A stretch of 64,000 nt of DNA, taken from positions 19,219,360 through 19,283,359 of the forward strand of contig NC_043019.1 in the NCBI RefSeq assembly GCF_006345805.1, read 5' to 3'. A program made the translations under genes and the position numbers. The DNA is from Octopus sinensis (taxonomy: Eukaryota). This document shows positions 37,720 through 51,700 of the stretch, in pieces. The notes beneath the pieces were generated by a model. The model made no database searches and was not told where the DNA came from. It saw only the letters and a program-made list of their open reading frames with translations. The first letter of the stretch is position 1. Each line of letters starts with the position of its first letter.

Positions 37720-38312
37720 ATAATTCTTTCTAATTTTGGAAGAAGGCCATCAGTTTTGAAGGAATGTGTAGTAGTTAATACCATTGACCCCAGGACTTGA
37801 CCGTTACTTTATTTTATTAACCCTAGGAAAATGGAAGGTAAAGTTGACACCTGCAATTCTGCCAGCTTGCCACTTTGATGGTTTCTGATTTAGGTATGAG
37901 ACCAATAATTCTATGGAGAAAGGTTAGTCAATGCTATTGACTCCAGTCCTTGACCCTGAAAAGATGAAAAGCAAAGTTGACCTCAGCAGGATTTGAACTC
38001 AGAATGTAAAGGGGACAGAAAAATATGGCAAAGCATTTTTCTAACATGCTGAGGATTCTGACAGCCCACTGCCTAATAATGATAATAATAGTAATCCTTT
38101 CAATTATAAGCACAAGGCCTGAAATTTGGGGGAGGGGGGAGTCAGTCGATTCCATTGACCCCAGTGCGTGACTGGTATTTGATTTATCGACCTCGAAAGG
38201 CTGAAAGGCTGAAAGTCGACCTCAGTGGAATTTGAACTCAGAACATAGCAACAGGCGAAATACCACTAAGCATTTCACCTGGCATGCTAATGATTCTGCC
38301 AGCGCATCGCCT
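37720..38312 (-). mobile_element. Three consecutive family B SINE copies
   Basis: Repeated GAAAGG(C/T)AAAGT(C/T)GACCTC...TTTGAACTCAGAA...CTGCCAGC blocks. Confidence 0.7.
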
Positions 38313-38507
<195 letters not shown>

Positions 38508-40728
38508 ATTCTTTTTATTGGCCACAAGGGCTGACACACATGATTAGAAAACATAAAGGGACAAAACAGGATGAAAGGTTACAAAGGGTTTTGTCCGTTT
38601 GTAAAAATCCGTGTAAAAAACAGCGTAACAACGAAAATATTTAACAATGAAAAACTCCCAATAGGGGGGGGGGGGCGTTTCGAAAGGTTCCTGGTGGAAA
38701 AACCCATAAAAGCCAACGGGAGCCTGGTCAAAATGTTGGGCAGAGAGCCCCTTTCTCCTTTTATAAAACCTTTTTCAATTACAGGCGAAACCTCAGAGTT
38801 GGTCCATTTACACTGGCCATTCTTGCACAATTCACCCACCTTTCAGAAAACTTGCTATCGGACAGCACTCTCCTCTCTCACCTCATCTTCCTTTTCAAGT
38901 TGTCATATTAGCTCTGACAACGCAGTTTTCGTGTTTGGTGTCAAAATGTTGGTCGAGGGCCAACCTTGCCGCCAACACGTCGGTCGTGATGCCAGTCTCA
39001 AGAGCCTCGTCTAGTTTCTTAACTAAATCCCGCTCTCTCTTCCTACGTTCAATAGCTAGAGTCTTACTAAACCTAATCGACTCTACTCTAATTGCTCTCT
39101 TGAGGGCAAACCACCAGTTGTTGTTGATGATTGCTCCCGTGAGCACCCACTTAACTAGTAAACTAATCCGGTCTCTGTAAGCTTTGCACGCCGTTAACGA
39201 CGCGTTCAGCTTCCAGTAGCCGGGTCCCTGTCCATGTAGCCTATCTAAGTCGACCGTACAGATCATGAATTTGTGGTCCGTGTAGTCGACTAGATGGAAT
39301 TGTGGACACCCTATGCTGGCCTACAAAACACTCTATCTAAGTACGATCTAGATGACTCAATGCGATTGGTCCAAGTCCACATTGGCACATTCGGACAGCT
39401 GAAAGCGTTCGAGTAGGTTGGCGAGGCTCTTGCACCCTCCTCTCCTATCAGATGCTCCCCTGCCCACCCGATCGAAACGTTCGTCTAAGACAGCGTTCCA
39501 ATCCCCAACTAACACTAGAGTGTGTGACGTTCCCAAGAAAACTTCCAGACGTTTGAAATAATCCGACTGCCCTGCTCCTGTCGGAGCGTAGGCAGCCAGC
39601 AGTCTGAAAACACTGCCGTCACTACCGTCTACGTCGAGGACCACCAACTTACCTTCCGGATCCAGGAAGACTGTCTTTATTTTCAAGTCCAGGCCCTTCT
39701 GAAACAACTCCGCAGTACCACCACCGCCCACTCCCTGCCGACACGGAGATAGAAAGATCTCGTATCCGCCGAAAAGGGCTGCGAGTTCCTGCAGGTTGGA
39801 GAGCCTGGTTTCACTACTGGCTGCTACATCCACATCATGAAACCTCAGGTCGTTTAACAGGTAGCCCTGTTTCCAAGGTGACCCGAGGCCTCTCACATTC
39901 AAGCAACCGATTCTAAGTTTTGCCATGTTTCAAAGGTGATAAAAAAATGAAAGGAGAAAAAGGCTCTACTTACTGTTGTTGGTGGTAGGGATGGTTCCCT
40001 TGTGCTTTTGCACGGGTATTTCTACAATATTTTTATAAAGTTTCTTTGAGAAACTTCTCCCTAGTGATCCGACATCGTTAGGGAATATTTGTTTTATGTC
40101 ACTATATGTTTTTTCATTAATTTTAATGGCGAGAATGTGTGCTGGTGGTGTGTTGTGTGGAGACATTATGAAATCTGTAATGTTTGTACTTGTGTTGTCT
40201 TTTATATATGAAACGAGTTTTTCATTTTTTTGTGTTTATGGCTGTAATTGTGTCTGTGTGTGTTGGTGTGTGTGGCAGTGGCAGTAGTGGTGTCGGAAGT
40301 GTTGTGAGTGTGTGTTGTTGTTGTTGTTGATGATGTTGGGAAGCCCTGTTTGTTCATGCTTCCCCTGTGTGTCTTTTTGCTTTCTCCTCCTCTTCTTCTT
40401 CGGAGGCACTGTGTGCCATTCACCTTTCTCGGTATCAGTGCTCGCACAATCCGAGCAGTCCTGATCCGGAAAGGGGATGGCTGTCGAGTCCGCTTCAGCA
40501 GCAGAGCGAAAAGTTGTTGGTTCTGCTGGTAGCGGTGGTGTTGCTGTATCTGTTGGTCATGGTGACGGTGTCGGTGATTCTTCTTCCTTTTTTTTTGTTG
40601 TTTTTCTTGGTGCTGGGGTTGGTGTTGGTTTGGTGGTTGTTGTTGGAGGTGGTGTCGTTCGTCATGGTGGTGGTGATGGTGTTGGTGGTGTGGCAGTCTT
40701 TGATGTTTCTTGCTGTTGTTGTTTCTGC

Positions 40729-40759
<31 letters not shown>

Positions 40760-42127
40760 GCTGCTGCTGCTGCTGCCTCTTGCCGTCTGCCTCCATTCTT
40801 TATTTGTGAATGGGGCAGTCCCTCTTTAGGTGGCTTTCGCTGCTGCAGAGGTAACATTTTGGCTTTCGCCCCTCCACAGCAACGTGCAGCCTGGTTCCGT
40901 CCGGCAAATTTACTGAGTCAGGTATGGCATTAATGTTTTCCTGCTGGATTTGTACCAGCAGTTGAACTCCCATACCTGACCAGTTTTTTTCCCTCACTCT
41001 TCGTACATCTAGAATAGTGGCAGTGTCCTCTATGTCATAGAGGACAGCCGCCACCAGCCATGATATATTTAGTTCGGGGAGTACTGTGTCGATTTTTATT
41101 TTTTGGACCCTACGCCCGAGGTATGTTGGGACAAGGAACAAATTTTCATTTTGCAAGGGCGAAATGGCATGCGCCCTTGCATCCTCCTCTGTTGGGAAGC
41201 GAACCGCCACAGTTCCGAAACGCTTCCCTCTGGTGACATAGCTCTTTTTGGCCCATATGGGCTTCAGAGCTATTTCCAATTGTTGGGGTGTTGCGTTGAT
41301 TACTCTTTTGTTTTTCTTGTTGAAAACCTTGTAAAGTATTGTTTTCTTGTTTGTGTCATTTATGAGTTGTTGAGGTGTATTGAGGAAAACACTGTTTCCC
41401 TATTTTCTCAACAACTCCTTTGCGCTTTTTAATTGGTCTATCGTAACTTTTACTTCCTCCGAGTTTTCTTTTGTAGCGGAGGCGAAATTGCTACGATGGC
41501 TTGTGTTGTTGCTGGTGGTGGTGTCGGTGTGGCTGCTGGTGGTGGTGTCGGTGTGGCTGCTGGTCATTTTCTTTGCTTCTTTTCCAGTACAGGAGCACTG
41601 GTGGAAGGAAGAGAAGGAAAATCTTCGTTGACATCAAAGGTGACGCCATCGTTGTTGCTTTTCTTTGCAACGGTCTTTCTTCCGTCCTTCTCCAGTACTG
41701 GAACACTGGTAGAGGGAAGAGGAGGGAAATCTTCGATGATGTCAAAAGTGACGCCTTCGTTTTCATTTTCATTTGGAACGTTTTGCGTGCCAGCACGTTC
41801 TTTCGAAAACTTTTGTTTGCCTTTTAAGGCACGAAATGGGTGGTTTGGAGAAATGTTCAAATCAATTTTTTCTTGTGGAGAGGGTGGTGTTCCAAGAAGG
41901 GAACAGCCAACTGTTCTTTTTAACATTTTTTCAATATGTATGTGAATGTAATTTTAAAAAGTCAATATTTCAAACAAAAATTTTGCCTAGCCAACTAGCT
42001 CCGCAAGAAGTTAGTCGGCTTGGCTACACAAATATCCAAAAATATTTACACTTTTAAACAAATTTCCAACAGAAATGGTGCAAAACTTATGCAGCTTCTG
42101 GAGACAACGTCCGTCCGCTCGAGAAGA
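38508..42127 (-). mobile_element. Tx1/L1-clade LINE with both termini but RT internally deleted
   Basis: ORF1 (about 41926-39970, broken) has the zinc knuckle CYLCSSESHLKRDC. ORF2 has APE LRIGCLNVRGL..AYAP..VGDWNAVLD (39926-39357) and GPGYWKLNASL. The sequence jumps at about 38900 to the C-terminal RWVNCARMASVNGP-like end, with AATAAA at 38514-19. Confidence 0.88.
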
Positions 42128-42136
42128 AATAATAAT

Positions 42137-45075
42137 CATCATCATCATCATCATCATCATTTAGCGTCCGTTTTCCATGCTAGCATGGGTTGGACGGTTC
42201 AACTGGGGTCTGGGGAGCCCGAAGGCTGCACCAGGCCAGTCAGATCTGGCAGTGTTTCTACAGCTGGATGCCCTTCCTAACGCCAACCACTCCGAGAGTG
42301 TAGTGGGTGATTTTATGTGCCACCGACACAGGTGCCAGACGAGGCTGGCGAACGGCCACGCTCGGATGGTGTTTTTATGTGCCACCGACACAGGTGCCAG
42401 ACGAGGCTGGCAGACGGCCACGCTCGGATGGTGTTTTTATGTGCCACCGACACAGGTGCCAGATGAGGCTGGCAGGTGCCAGACGAGGCTGGCAGACGGC
42501 CACGCTCGGATGGTGTTTTTATGTGCCACCGACACAGGTGCCAGATGAGGCTGGCGGACGGCCACGATCGGATGGTGTTTGTTACATCCCCAAAGCACGG
42601 AGGCCAGTCTATGCGGTACTGGCTACGGCCACGTTCGGATGATTTTCTTGTGTGCCACCAGCACTGGTACCACAAAGATACAAATTCCATTTATGCTCAT
42701 CTATTTTGATTTGTTTTGATTTGATTTGATTTTCACTTGCCTCAACAGGTCTTCACAAGTGTCACTTGCCTCAACAGGTCTTCACAAGTGTCACAAGAAG
42801 GAAGGTATGCACAGGTGGACTGTCTACGTCGCCGGGTCTTCGGATGGTGTCTTAATGTGCCACCGACACAGGTGCCAGATGTGGCTGGCGAACGGCCACG
42901 ATCGGATGGTTTTCTTGTGTGCCACCGGTACTGGAACCACAAAGATACAAATTCCATTGATGTTCATCTATTTTGATTTGGTTTGATTTTCACTTGCCTC
43001 AACAGGTCTTCACAAGTGTCACGCGTGTCCTTGTGTGCCACCGGTACTGGAACCACAAAGATACAAATTCCATTGATGTTCACCTATTTTGATTTGGTTT
43101 GATTTTCACTTGCCTCAACAGGTCTTCACAAGTGTCACGCGTGTCACACACTTGCCTCAACAGGTCTCCACAAGTGTCACACACTTGCCTCTGCCTCAAC
43201 AGGTCTTCACAAAGTGTCACACACTTGCCTCTGCCTCAACAGGTCTTCACAAGTGTCATAAGAGGGAAGGTATGCACAGGTGGACTGACTACGTCGCCGG
43301 GTCTTTGGATGGTGTTTTTATGTGCCACCGACACAGGTGCCAGGTGAGGCTGGCGAACGGCCACGATCAGATGGTGTTTGTTGTGCCCACAGCACGGAGG
43401 CCAGTCGATGCGGTACCAGCTACGGCCACTTCGGATGGTTTTCTTGTGTGCCACCGGTACTGGAACCACAAAGATACAAATTCCATTGATATTCATCTAT
43501 TTTGATTTGGTTTGATTTTTGATTTTCACTTGCCTCAACAGGTCTTCACAAGTGTCACACACTTGCCTCAACAGGTCTTCACAAGTGTCATAAGAGGGAA
43601 GGTATGCACAGGTGGACTGACTACGTCGCCGGGTCTTCGGATGTGTCTTTATGTGCCACCGGCACAGGTGCCAGATGAGGCTGGCGAACGGCCACGATCG
43701 GATGGTGTTTGTTGTGCCCACAGCACGGAGGCCAGTCGATGCGGTACTGGTTACGGCCACGTTTGGGTGGTTTTCTTGTGTGCCACCGGCACTGGTACCA
43801 CAAAGAATACAATTCCACTGATGTTCATCTATTTTGATTTGTTTTGATTTGATTTGATTTTCACTTGCCTCAACAGGTCTTCATAAGTGTCACAAGAAGG
43901 AAGGTATGCACAGGACTGACTACGTCCCAGGTCGGGGCCACGGGTTATGGCCTGACTAGTCTTGCCGGGTCTTCTCATGCACAGCATACTTCCATAGGTC
44001 TCGGTCTCTAGACATTTCCTTAGTGAGACCTAAAGTTCGAAGGTCGTGCTTCACCACCTCGTCCCAGGTTTTCCTGGGTCTACCTCTTCCACAGGTTCCC
44101 TCCACTGCTAGGGTGTAGCACTTTTGCACACAACTATCTTCAGCCTTTCTTGTCACATGACCATACCAGCGCAGCCGTCTCTCTTGCACGCCACAACTGA
44201 CGCTTCTTAGGTTCAGCTTTTCTCTCAAGGAACTTACACTCTGACGATTATGAACACTGACATTACACATCCATCGGAGCATACTGGCTTCATTTCTTGC
44301 GAGCTTACGCATATCCTCAGCAGTCACGGCCCATGTTTCACTACCATGTAGCATGGCTGTACGTACACATGCATCATACAGTCTGCCTTTTACTCTTAGC
44401 GAGAGGCCTTTTGTCACCAGCAGGGGTAAGAGCTCTCTAAACTTTGCCCAGGCTATTCTTACTCTAGCAGTTACACTTTCAGCACACCCACCCCCGCTAC
44501 TGACTTGGTCTCCTAGGTAGCGGAAGCTATCAACTACTTCTAGTTTGTCTCCCTGGAACGTGGCAGAAGTTGGTCTCTGCATATTTCCAGTGTTTATTGC
44601 TCCTGAGCATTTGCCACAGACAAAAACTATTTTCCTAGTTAGCCTTCCTTTGACATTGCTGCACCTCTTATGTGTCCATAGCTTACACTTGGTGCATCTT
44701 ATAGAGTTTCTACCTACACCTTTTTTACAGATCGAGCAGGGCCATCTACCTGAAGGCGTTTGTGATTGATCTACCTTCCTACTTATTAGAACTTTGGTTT
44801 TGGCTAGGTTGATTCTAAGGCCCTTCGATTCTAATCCTTGTTTCCACACCTGGAACTTCTCCTCCAGTTCTGATAGTGACTCAGCAATTAGAGCAAGGTC
44901 ATCAGCATAGAGGAGCTCCCAGGGGCAACCTGTCTTGAATTCCTCCGTTATTGCCTGGAGGACTATGATAAATAGGAGGGGACTGAGGACTGAACCTTGG
45001 TGGACCCCAACCTCTACCCGGAATTCTTCACTGTACTCGTTGCCCACCCTCACCTTACTAGCAGCGTCTCTGTAC
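42137..45075 (-). mobile_element. RTE-clade LINE, 5'-truncated, uninterrupted 373-codon RT/C-terminal frame (43956-45077), tandemly expanded 3' UTR
   Basis: HQGSVLSPLLF, LYADDL, FRYLG, RLRWYGHV. The 3' UTR units repeat across 42170-43950, and the tail appears as (CAT)n at 42137-59. Confidence 0.93.
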
Positions 45076-46652
45076 AATAATAATAATAATAATAATAATT
45101 CAAACAGCCACAGAATACTGGCTAAGTCAGGATGTGTGACAAATTTTGTTGCAAGTTAGATATGAAAATAATGCTTCATTTGGTTTGGAGCCAGTCTTTT
45201 CCCAAAAGGTTAACTCTGAACAAAAAACATGCTAGCATTCAAAGGAAAAACAACATTAAGAGAAACTGTGGGGCCAATAAACACTACCTTGAAAGTGTTA
45301 CATTTTCATTACACATCAACACTAGATCCCTCACACATGAGTGTCATAGAAGCAAGGTAGAAGTTTTGGAGAGGAAATAACCCTTTCTACTATAGGCACA
45401 AAGCCTGAAATTTTTGGGAAGGGGTTTAATTGATTACATCGACTTATTTTATCAACCCCGAAAAGATGAAAGCGGCAAAGTCAGCCTAGGTGGAATTTGA
45501 ACTTAGAATGTAAAGCTGAATCAAATTATGCTCAGCATTTTGTCTGGATGCCCTTCCTAACATGCCAACCACTGTTTTACTTAGCTTGGTGTGTCTTTTC
45601 AAGCGCAGCAAACCACAAAGGGTCTCAGTCCCCTGTCAGCCTCTCTGTAAGGTCCAACTGCCTTATTATTCAGAAACAAACAAAAAAAAAAGTTTTTTTT
45701 TTTTTTAAGAGGGCAGCCTTAGAGAATCGTTTATCTAAGATTGTTCTCTCCCAAAGTTTTTTCACTGCACTTTTTCAGAACATTTTTTCCACATCTCATG
45801 GACATTTTTTCTTTTCTTAAACATCCTGTAGATGACTGACATTGAATTTAGCAGGAATCTGTTTGCTTGTATTTTGGAAGCTGTCTCTTATTATTGTGTG
45901 CATGTGTGTTATCAAGTCATCTTTGTGTCTGTTTTCAGTATTGAAGCTCAATGGGTGTGGTTCTTGTGTGTTTTGCTAGTGTTGTTGTTGTTGCTGGTGC
46001 AGTTGTTGTTTTTTTTTTGTGGTTTCTTTGATATTTTTGAGGTGTTTGCTTGGTAGTGTAGCTGTCAGTTTGGCTATTGTTGTTATCATGGTGCTGCTGA
46101 TGTTGTGATTGTAGGTTTGGCTGGCTGATGTTGTTGAGGTAGTGATGCTGTCAGTGTTGGTGTTGTTCTTGTTGTTATTGGTGGTGTGGATAGATGAGTG
46201 AAAACGCCCTCCGTTTCCTTGTTGAAACATTCTTCCACCAGCACCTATTCTTGCACTGTCTCTGCACCAACATTTATGCCTATGCACATGCATATTACTG
46301 TGAATTGTTTTACATTCTGCATCACTTCCAATGACTTTTCTGCCATACTTTTGTATGAGCTCTGGTTTCTTTCAATTGTTTTCTCTGTGAATCAGTTGTT
46401 CTGTGGGCCGAGCTTCACAAACAAAGGAGTCAATCCCAGCAGCAGCAGCAGCCTTGCAATAGCTTCTGTTGTTGCTTCAGTGGAAGAGAGGATGGTGTTG
46501 AGGTAATTTTAGATTACTTGTTTTTAACCTAAGAACAGGTATGGTGTTGCTATTATTTTTGCCACTTGGCATGTTATTGTTGTTGTGGTTGCTGCAGTTG
46601 TAATCAGTGTTGCTATTTTTAATTGTGTTGTTTTACCATTTCTTCCTTGTAG

Positions 46653-46717
46653 GCTGTCATATGGTGTCATGCCCTGCTATCCGTCCAAGAAGGGTGAAGT
46701 GCTGTTGCCACAAATAG
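46653..46717 (+). other. Tentative terminal coding exon of the QT-repeat gene (GCHMVSCPAIRPRRVKCCCHK*)
   Basis: Acceptor TTTTACCATTTCTTCCTTGTAG; phase-1 reading ends at TAG 46715-17; AATAAA at 46835-40. It has no homology to the other exons. Confidence 0.22.
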
Positions 46718-48250
46718 CCGGTAGACAACCAAGATTTCAAATGAAATGTTCATCAACTGCAAAAACTCAAAACTGTCAAAGGGTTGTGTTTCCAAGAAAA
46801 TAGAAATCAAGTAAATAGGAATGGCAAAAAAGTTAATAAAACAATATAACAACATCTACACAAACAGTATTTGTTTGAAATCTATATATTCATTTCTCTC
46901 TCTCTCTCTCTCGCTCTCTCTCTGTTATTTTTTTTATCACACTCTGCCTTTACATGTATAAAATATAAATGTAAATATGTAAGTATATCAATTTACAATA
47001 GCAGGAGGTCTTTAATTTCTCAACAAAACAGAATCCAGAGCAAAACTAGGGATAAAACATTGGTGATAACATGGTTTAGAATCCTACTGAAAAACCCGAG
47101 GAGTAGCAAAGGAAGCAAAGGGGAAACCAAAGATCACCAAACGTCTGCAGCACTCAGAATAAACAATTGGTAATACAGAGTTAAATTTTAAACAATTTTA
47201 AAAAGGGCAAAAATTTTACCAATTATAATATCATTTCTGTGATTCATTGCTGCCCACGAGAGAAGTTGAGGCAGAGAAAGTCTTTGAATTTTGATGGTCT
47301 TTGGAATTGCTGTTGTTCCACACTATACAAAAATATGAAACTAATAGAGATCCATCCATCCATCCATCAGTCCAGATGTATGTATGTATAGGCACAGGCA
47401 TGACTGTGTGGTACCTTGGGCAAGTGTCTTCTACTATAGCCCATAGTCCGAGGTGAACCAAAGCCTTGTGATTGGATTTGGTTGAAAGAAACTTAAAGAA
47501 GCATAGCATGTGTGTGTGTGTGTGTGTGTATGTGTGCATATCCTTGCCTAGTCATCATGGATTGGCCATAAATGAGCTTCATCATCACATAAGTGAGGTT
47601 TTCCATTTCCAGTCTTCATGAAAACCATTTTTGGTCATAGTGAGAATTAGTGACATTTTTGGAAGCAAGTGAGAATTAGTGACATGAGGATTCTAGCTGT
47701 AAAAAAAATCTGCCTCACCAAATTCTATCTGAGCCATTCAGGCAGAGAAAAGTGGACATTAAATGAGGATGATATGACACTTATGCATACATACAGGCAT
47801 GCATATGTGCATATATGCATGCACACATACATAAATTTGTTCACGTATATTCATACACAGGTAGTTTAATTGATTGCTACTGGTTAATTTGTACACCTAC
47901 TCCATATGAAGTCAGCAGTGACTATATACTGTGTGGTTGTCTATCTGTGTGTGTGTATGTATAAGTATATATATATATGTGTGTGTGTGTGTGTAGTCAA
48001 TCCTTTTGACTACCACTACTGCTAACCCATTGCTTGCCATCCACCATCTACCCTCCAATAATAACCTCTATGACTACCCTAAACACCATCACCATTTTTA
48101 GGGACTGGGAGGTCACTGCCCGTTTGGTTATCTAAGTGACAGGGTCTACATAAACATTTCTTAACTGTATTCTTCTGATGTTGGACCTGAAATATATAAA
48201 GGTTACTCACCTTTACTTTGCATTGTAAGAAACTCACCTTCTTTCCTTTG

Positions 48251-48307
<57 letters not shown>

Positions 48308-48781
48308 TGAACAATTTGGAGTCAACAAGAAGGGAGACGGCTGGACATTTATTTTTTTAATCACTACAATTGTTTCCATTCAACATAGTCTTCCAGGTAT
48401 GCAGGTATTTGATTATGCAACTGTTTCCCTGCATTATGAGATCTAGTTGTGTTTCCTCAGGCAATATGTAAATATTGTCTCCATAAGTTTAAAATCCTTG
48501 GCTTCAAGAACATCCTCTCTGTCTATCATGGCCTGAACTTAGTAGTAGTCTCTGAACTTATCAGGGTGTGTTGTTGCTGAAGGGCTGTTGGCAAACTGCT
48601 TTGAATGGGTAGATGTAGTGGGATGGTGATTCTGGTACTGTTAAAGGGATTGCTATTTTATTTCTTTGTACTGCTGATTTGTTCTTCATGGTTGGTTACA
48701 CATGTGATTGTCCTTAACTGACCTTTAAGATTCAGCGCTCGCATACACATGCACACACATACATATTTATTATAAGGTGCA

Positions 48782-51700
48782 AGAAACTCTATAAGGTGCA
48801 CCAAGTGTAAGCTATGGACACATAAGAGGTGCAGCAATGTCAAAGGAAGGCTAACTAAGAAAATAGTTTTTGTCTGTGGCAGATGCTCAGGAGCAATAAA
48901 CACTGAAAATGTGCAGAGAACAACTTCTGTCACATTCCAGGGAGACAAACTAGAAGTAGTTGATAGCTTCCGCTACCTAGGAGACCAAGTCAGTAGCGGG
49001 GGTGGGTGTGCTGAAAGTGTAACTGCTAGAGTAAGAATAGCCTGGGCAAAGTTTAGAGAGCTCTTACCCCTGCTGGTGACAAAAGGCCTCTCGCTAAGAG
49101 TAAAAGGCAGACTATATGATGCGTGTGTACGTACAGCCATGCTACATGGTAGTGAAACATGGGCCGTGACTGCTGAGGATATGCGTAAGCTCGCAAGAAA
49201 TGAAGCCAGTATGCTCCGATGGATGTGTAATGTCAGTGTTCATAATCGTCAGAGTGTAAGTACTTTGAGAGAAAAGTTGAACCTAAGAAGTGTCAGTTGT
49301 GGTGTGCAAGAGAGACGGCTGGGCTGGTATGGTCATGTGACGAGAATGGCTGAAGATAGTTGTGTGCAAAAGTGCTACACCCTAGCAGTTGAGGGAACCT
49401 GTGGAAGAGGTAGACCCAGGAAAACCTGGGACGAGGTGGTGAAGCACGACCTTCGAACTTTAGGTCTCACCAAAGAAATGACTGAAGACCGAGTCCTATG
49501 GAAGTGTGCTGTGCATGAGAGGACCCGGCAGGACTAGTCAGGCCATATCTCGTGGCCCCTACCTGGGACGTAGTCGATCCACCTGTGCATACCTTCCTTT
49601 TTGTGACACTTGTGAAGACCTGCTGAGGCAAGTGAAAATCAATCAAAACAAATCAAAATAGATGAACATCAATGGAATTTGTATCTTTGTGGTACCAGTG
49701 CCTGTGGCACACAAGAAAACCGTCCGAACGTGGCCGTAGCCAGTACCGCAATCGACCGTGACTCCTACCTGGGACGTAGTCAGTCCACCTGTACATACCT
49801 TCCTTCTTGTGACACTTGTGAAGACCTGTTGAGGCAAGTGAAAATCAAATCAAAACAAATCAAAATAGATGAACATCAATGGAATTTGTATCTTTGTGGT
49901 ACCAGTGCCGGTGGCACACAAGAATCCATCCGAACGTGGCCGTAGCCAGTTCCGCAATCGACCGTGACTCCTACCTGGGATGTAGTCAGTCCACCTGTAC
50001 ATACCTTCCTTCTTGTGACACTTGTGAAGACCTGTTGAGGCAAGTGAAAATCAAATCAAAACAAATCAAAATAGATGAACATCAATGGAATTTGTATCTT
50101 TGTGGTACCAGTGCCGGTGGCACACAAGAATCCATCCGAACGTGGCCGTAGTCAGTACCGCATTACTGGCCATCGTGCAGTGGGCACATAACAAACACCA
50201 TCCGATCGTGGCCGTTCGCCAGCCTCATCTAGCACCTGTGTCGGTGGCACATAAAAACACCATCCGAAGACCCGGCAAGACTAGTCAGGCCATATCCCAT
50301 GGCCCCTACCTGGGACGTAGTCAGTCCACCTGTGCATACCTTCCTCCTTGTGATACTTGTGAAGGCCTGTTGAGGCAAGTGAAAATCAAAATCAAATCAA
50401 AACAAATCAAAATAGATGAACATCAATGGAATTTGTATCTTTGTGGTACCAGTGCCGGTGGCACACAAGAGAAAACCATCCGAAAGTGGCCGTAGCCAGT
50501 ACCGCATCGACTGGCCTCCGTGCTGTGGGCACATGACAAACACCATCCGATTGTGGCCGTTCGCCAGCCTCATCTAGCACCTGTGTCAGTGGCACATAAA
50601 AACTCCATCCGAAGACCTGGCAAGACTAGTCAGGCCATAACCCATGGCCCCTACCTGGGACGTAGTCAGTCCACCTGTGCATACCTTCCTTCTTGTGACA
50701 CTTGTGAAGGCCTGTTGAGGCAAGTGAAAATCAAAACAAATCAAAATAGATGAACATCAATGGAATCTGTATCTTTGTGGTACCAGTGCCGGTGGCGCAC
50801 ACTTTGTGGTACCAGTGCCGGTGGCACACAAGAAAACCATCCGAACGTAGCCGTAGCCAGTTCCGCATCGACCGGCCTCCGTGCTGTGGGCACGTAACAA
50901 ACACCATCCGATCATGGCCGTTCGCCAGCCTCATCTGGCACCTGTGTCGGTGGCACATAAAAACACCTTCCGAAGACCCGGCAAGACTAGTCAGTCCACC
51001 TGTGCATACCTTCCTTCTTGTGACACTTGTGAAGACCTGTTGAGGCAAGTGAAAATCAAATCAAATCAAAATAGATGAACATCAATGGAATTTGTATCTT
51101 TGTGGTACCAGTGCCGGTGGCACACAAGAGAAAACCATCCGAAAGTGGCCGTAGCCAGTACCGCATCGACTGGCCTCCGTGCTGTGGGCACATGACAAAC
51201 ACCATCCGATTGTGGCCGTTCGCCAGCCTCATCTAGCACCTGTGTCAGTGGCACATAAAAACTCCATCCGAAGACCCGGCAAGACTAGTCAGGCCATAAC
51301 CCATGGCCCCTACCTGGGACGTAGTCAGTCCACCTGTGCATACCTTCCTTCTTGTGACACTTGTGAAGACCTGTTGAGGCAAGTGAAAATCAAATCAAAT
51401 CAAAATAGATGAACATCAATGGAATTTGTATCTTTGTGGTACCAGTGCCTGTGGCACACAAGAAATCCATCCGAACGTGGCCGTAGTCAGTACCGCATCG
51501 ACTGGCCATCGTGCTGTGGGCACATAACAAACACCATCCGATCGTGGCCGTTCGCCAGCCTCATCTAGCACCTGTGTCGGTGGCACATAAAAACACCATC
51601 CGAAGACCCGGCAAGACTAGTCAGGCCATATCCCATGGCCCCTACCTGGGACGTAGTCAGTCCACCTGTGCATACCTTCCTCCTTGTGATACTTGTGAAG

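Noticed and set aside
42300-42560. Hammerhead-like CAGA(C/T)GAG-GCTGGC-GAAC in the roughly 60-bp RTE UTR repeats
   Set aside because: The core has CAGA instead of CUGA and GAAC or CAAAC instead of GAAA in all copies, and stems I and III do not form.
45976-46506. T/Q/N-rich ORFs
   Set aside because: Low-complexity (GTT)n-rich DNA, probably an eroded LINE ORF1; no motif supports a gene.
48050-48720. Minus-strand donor- and acceptor-like sites and a 58-codon frame
   Set aside because: The implied intron is too short, phases are inconsistent and no product is recognisable.
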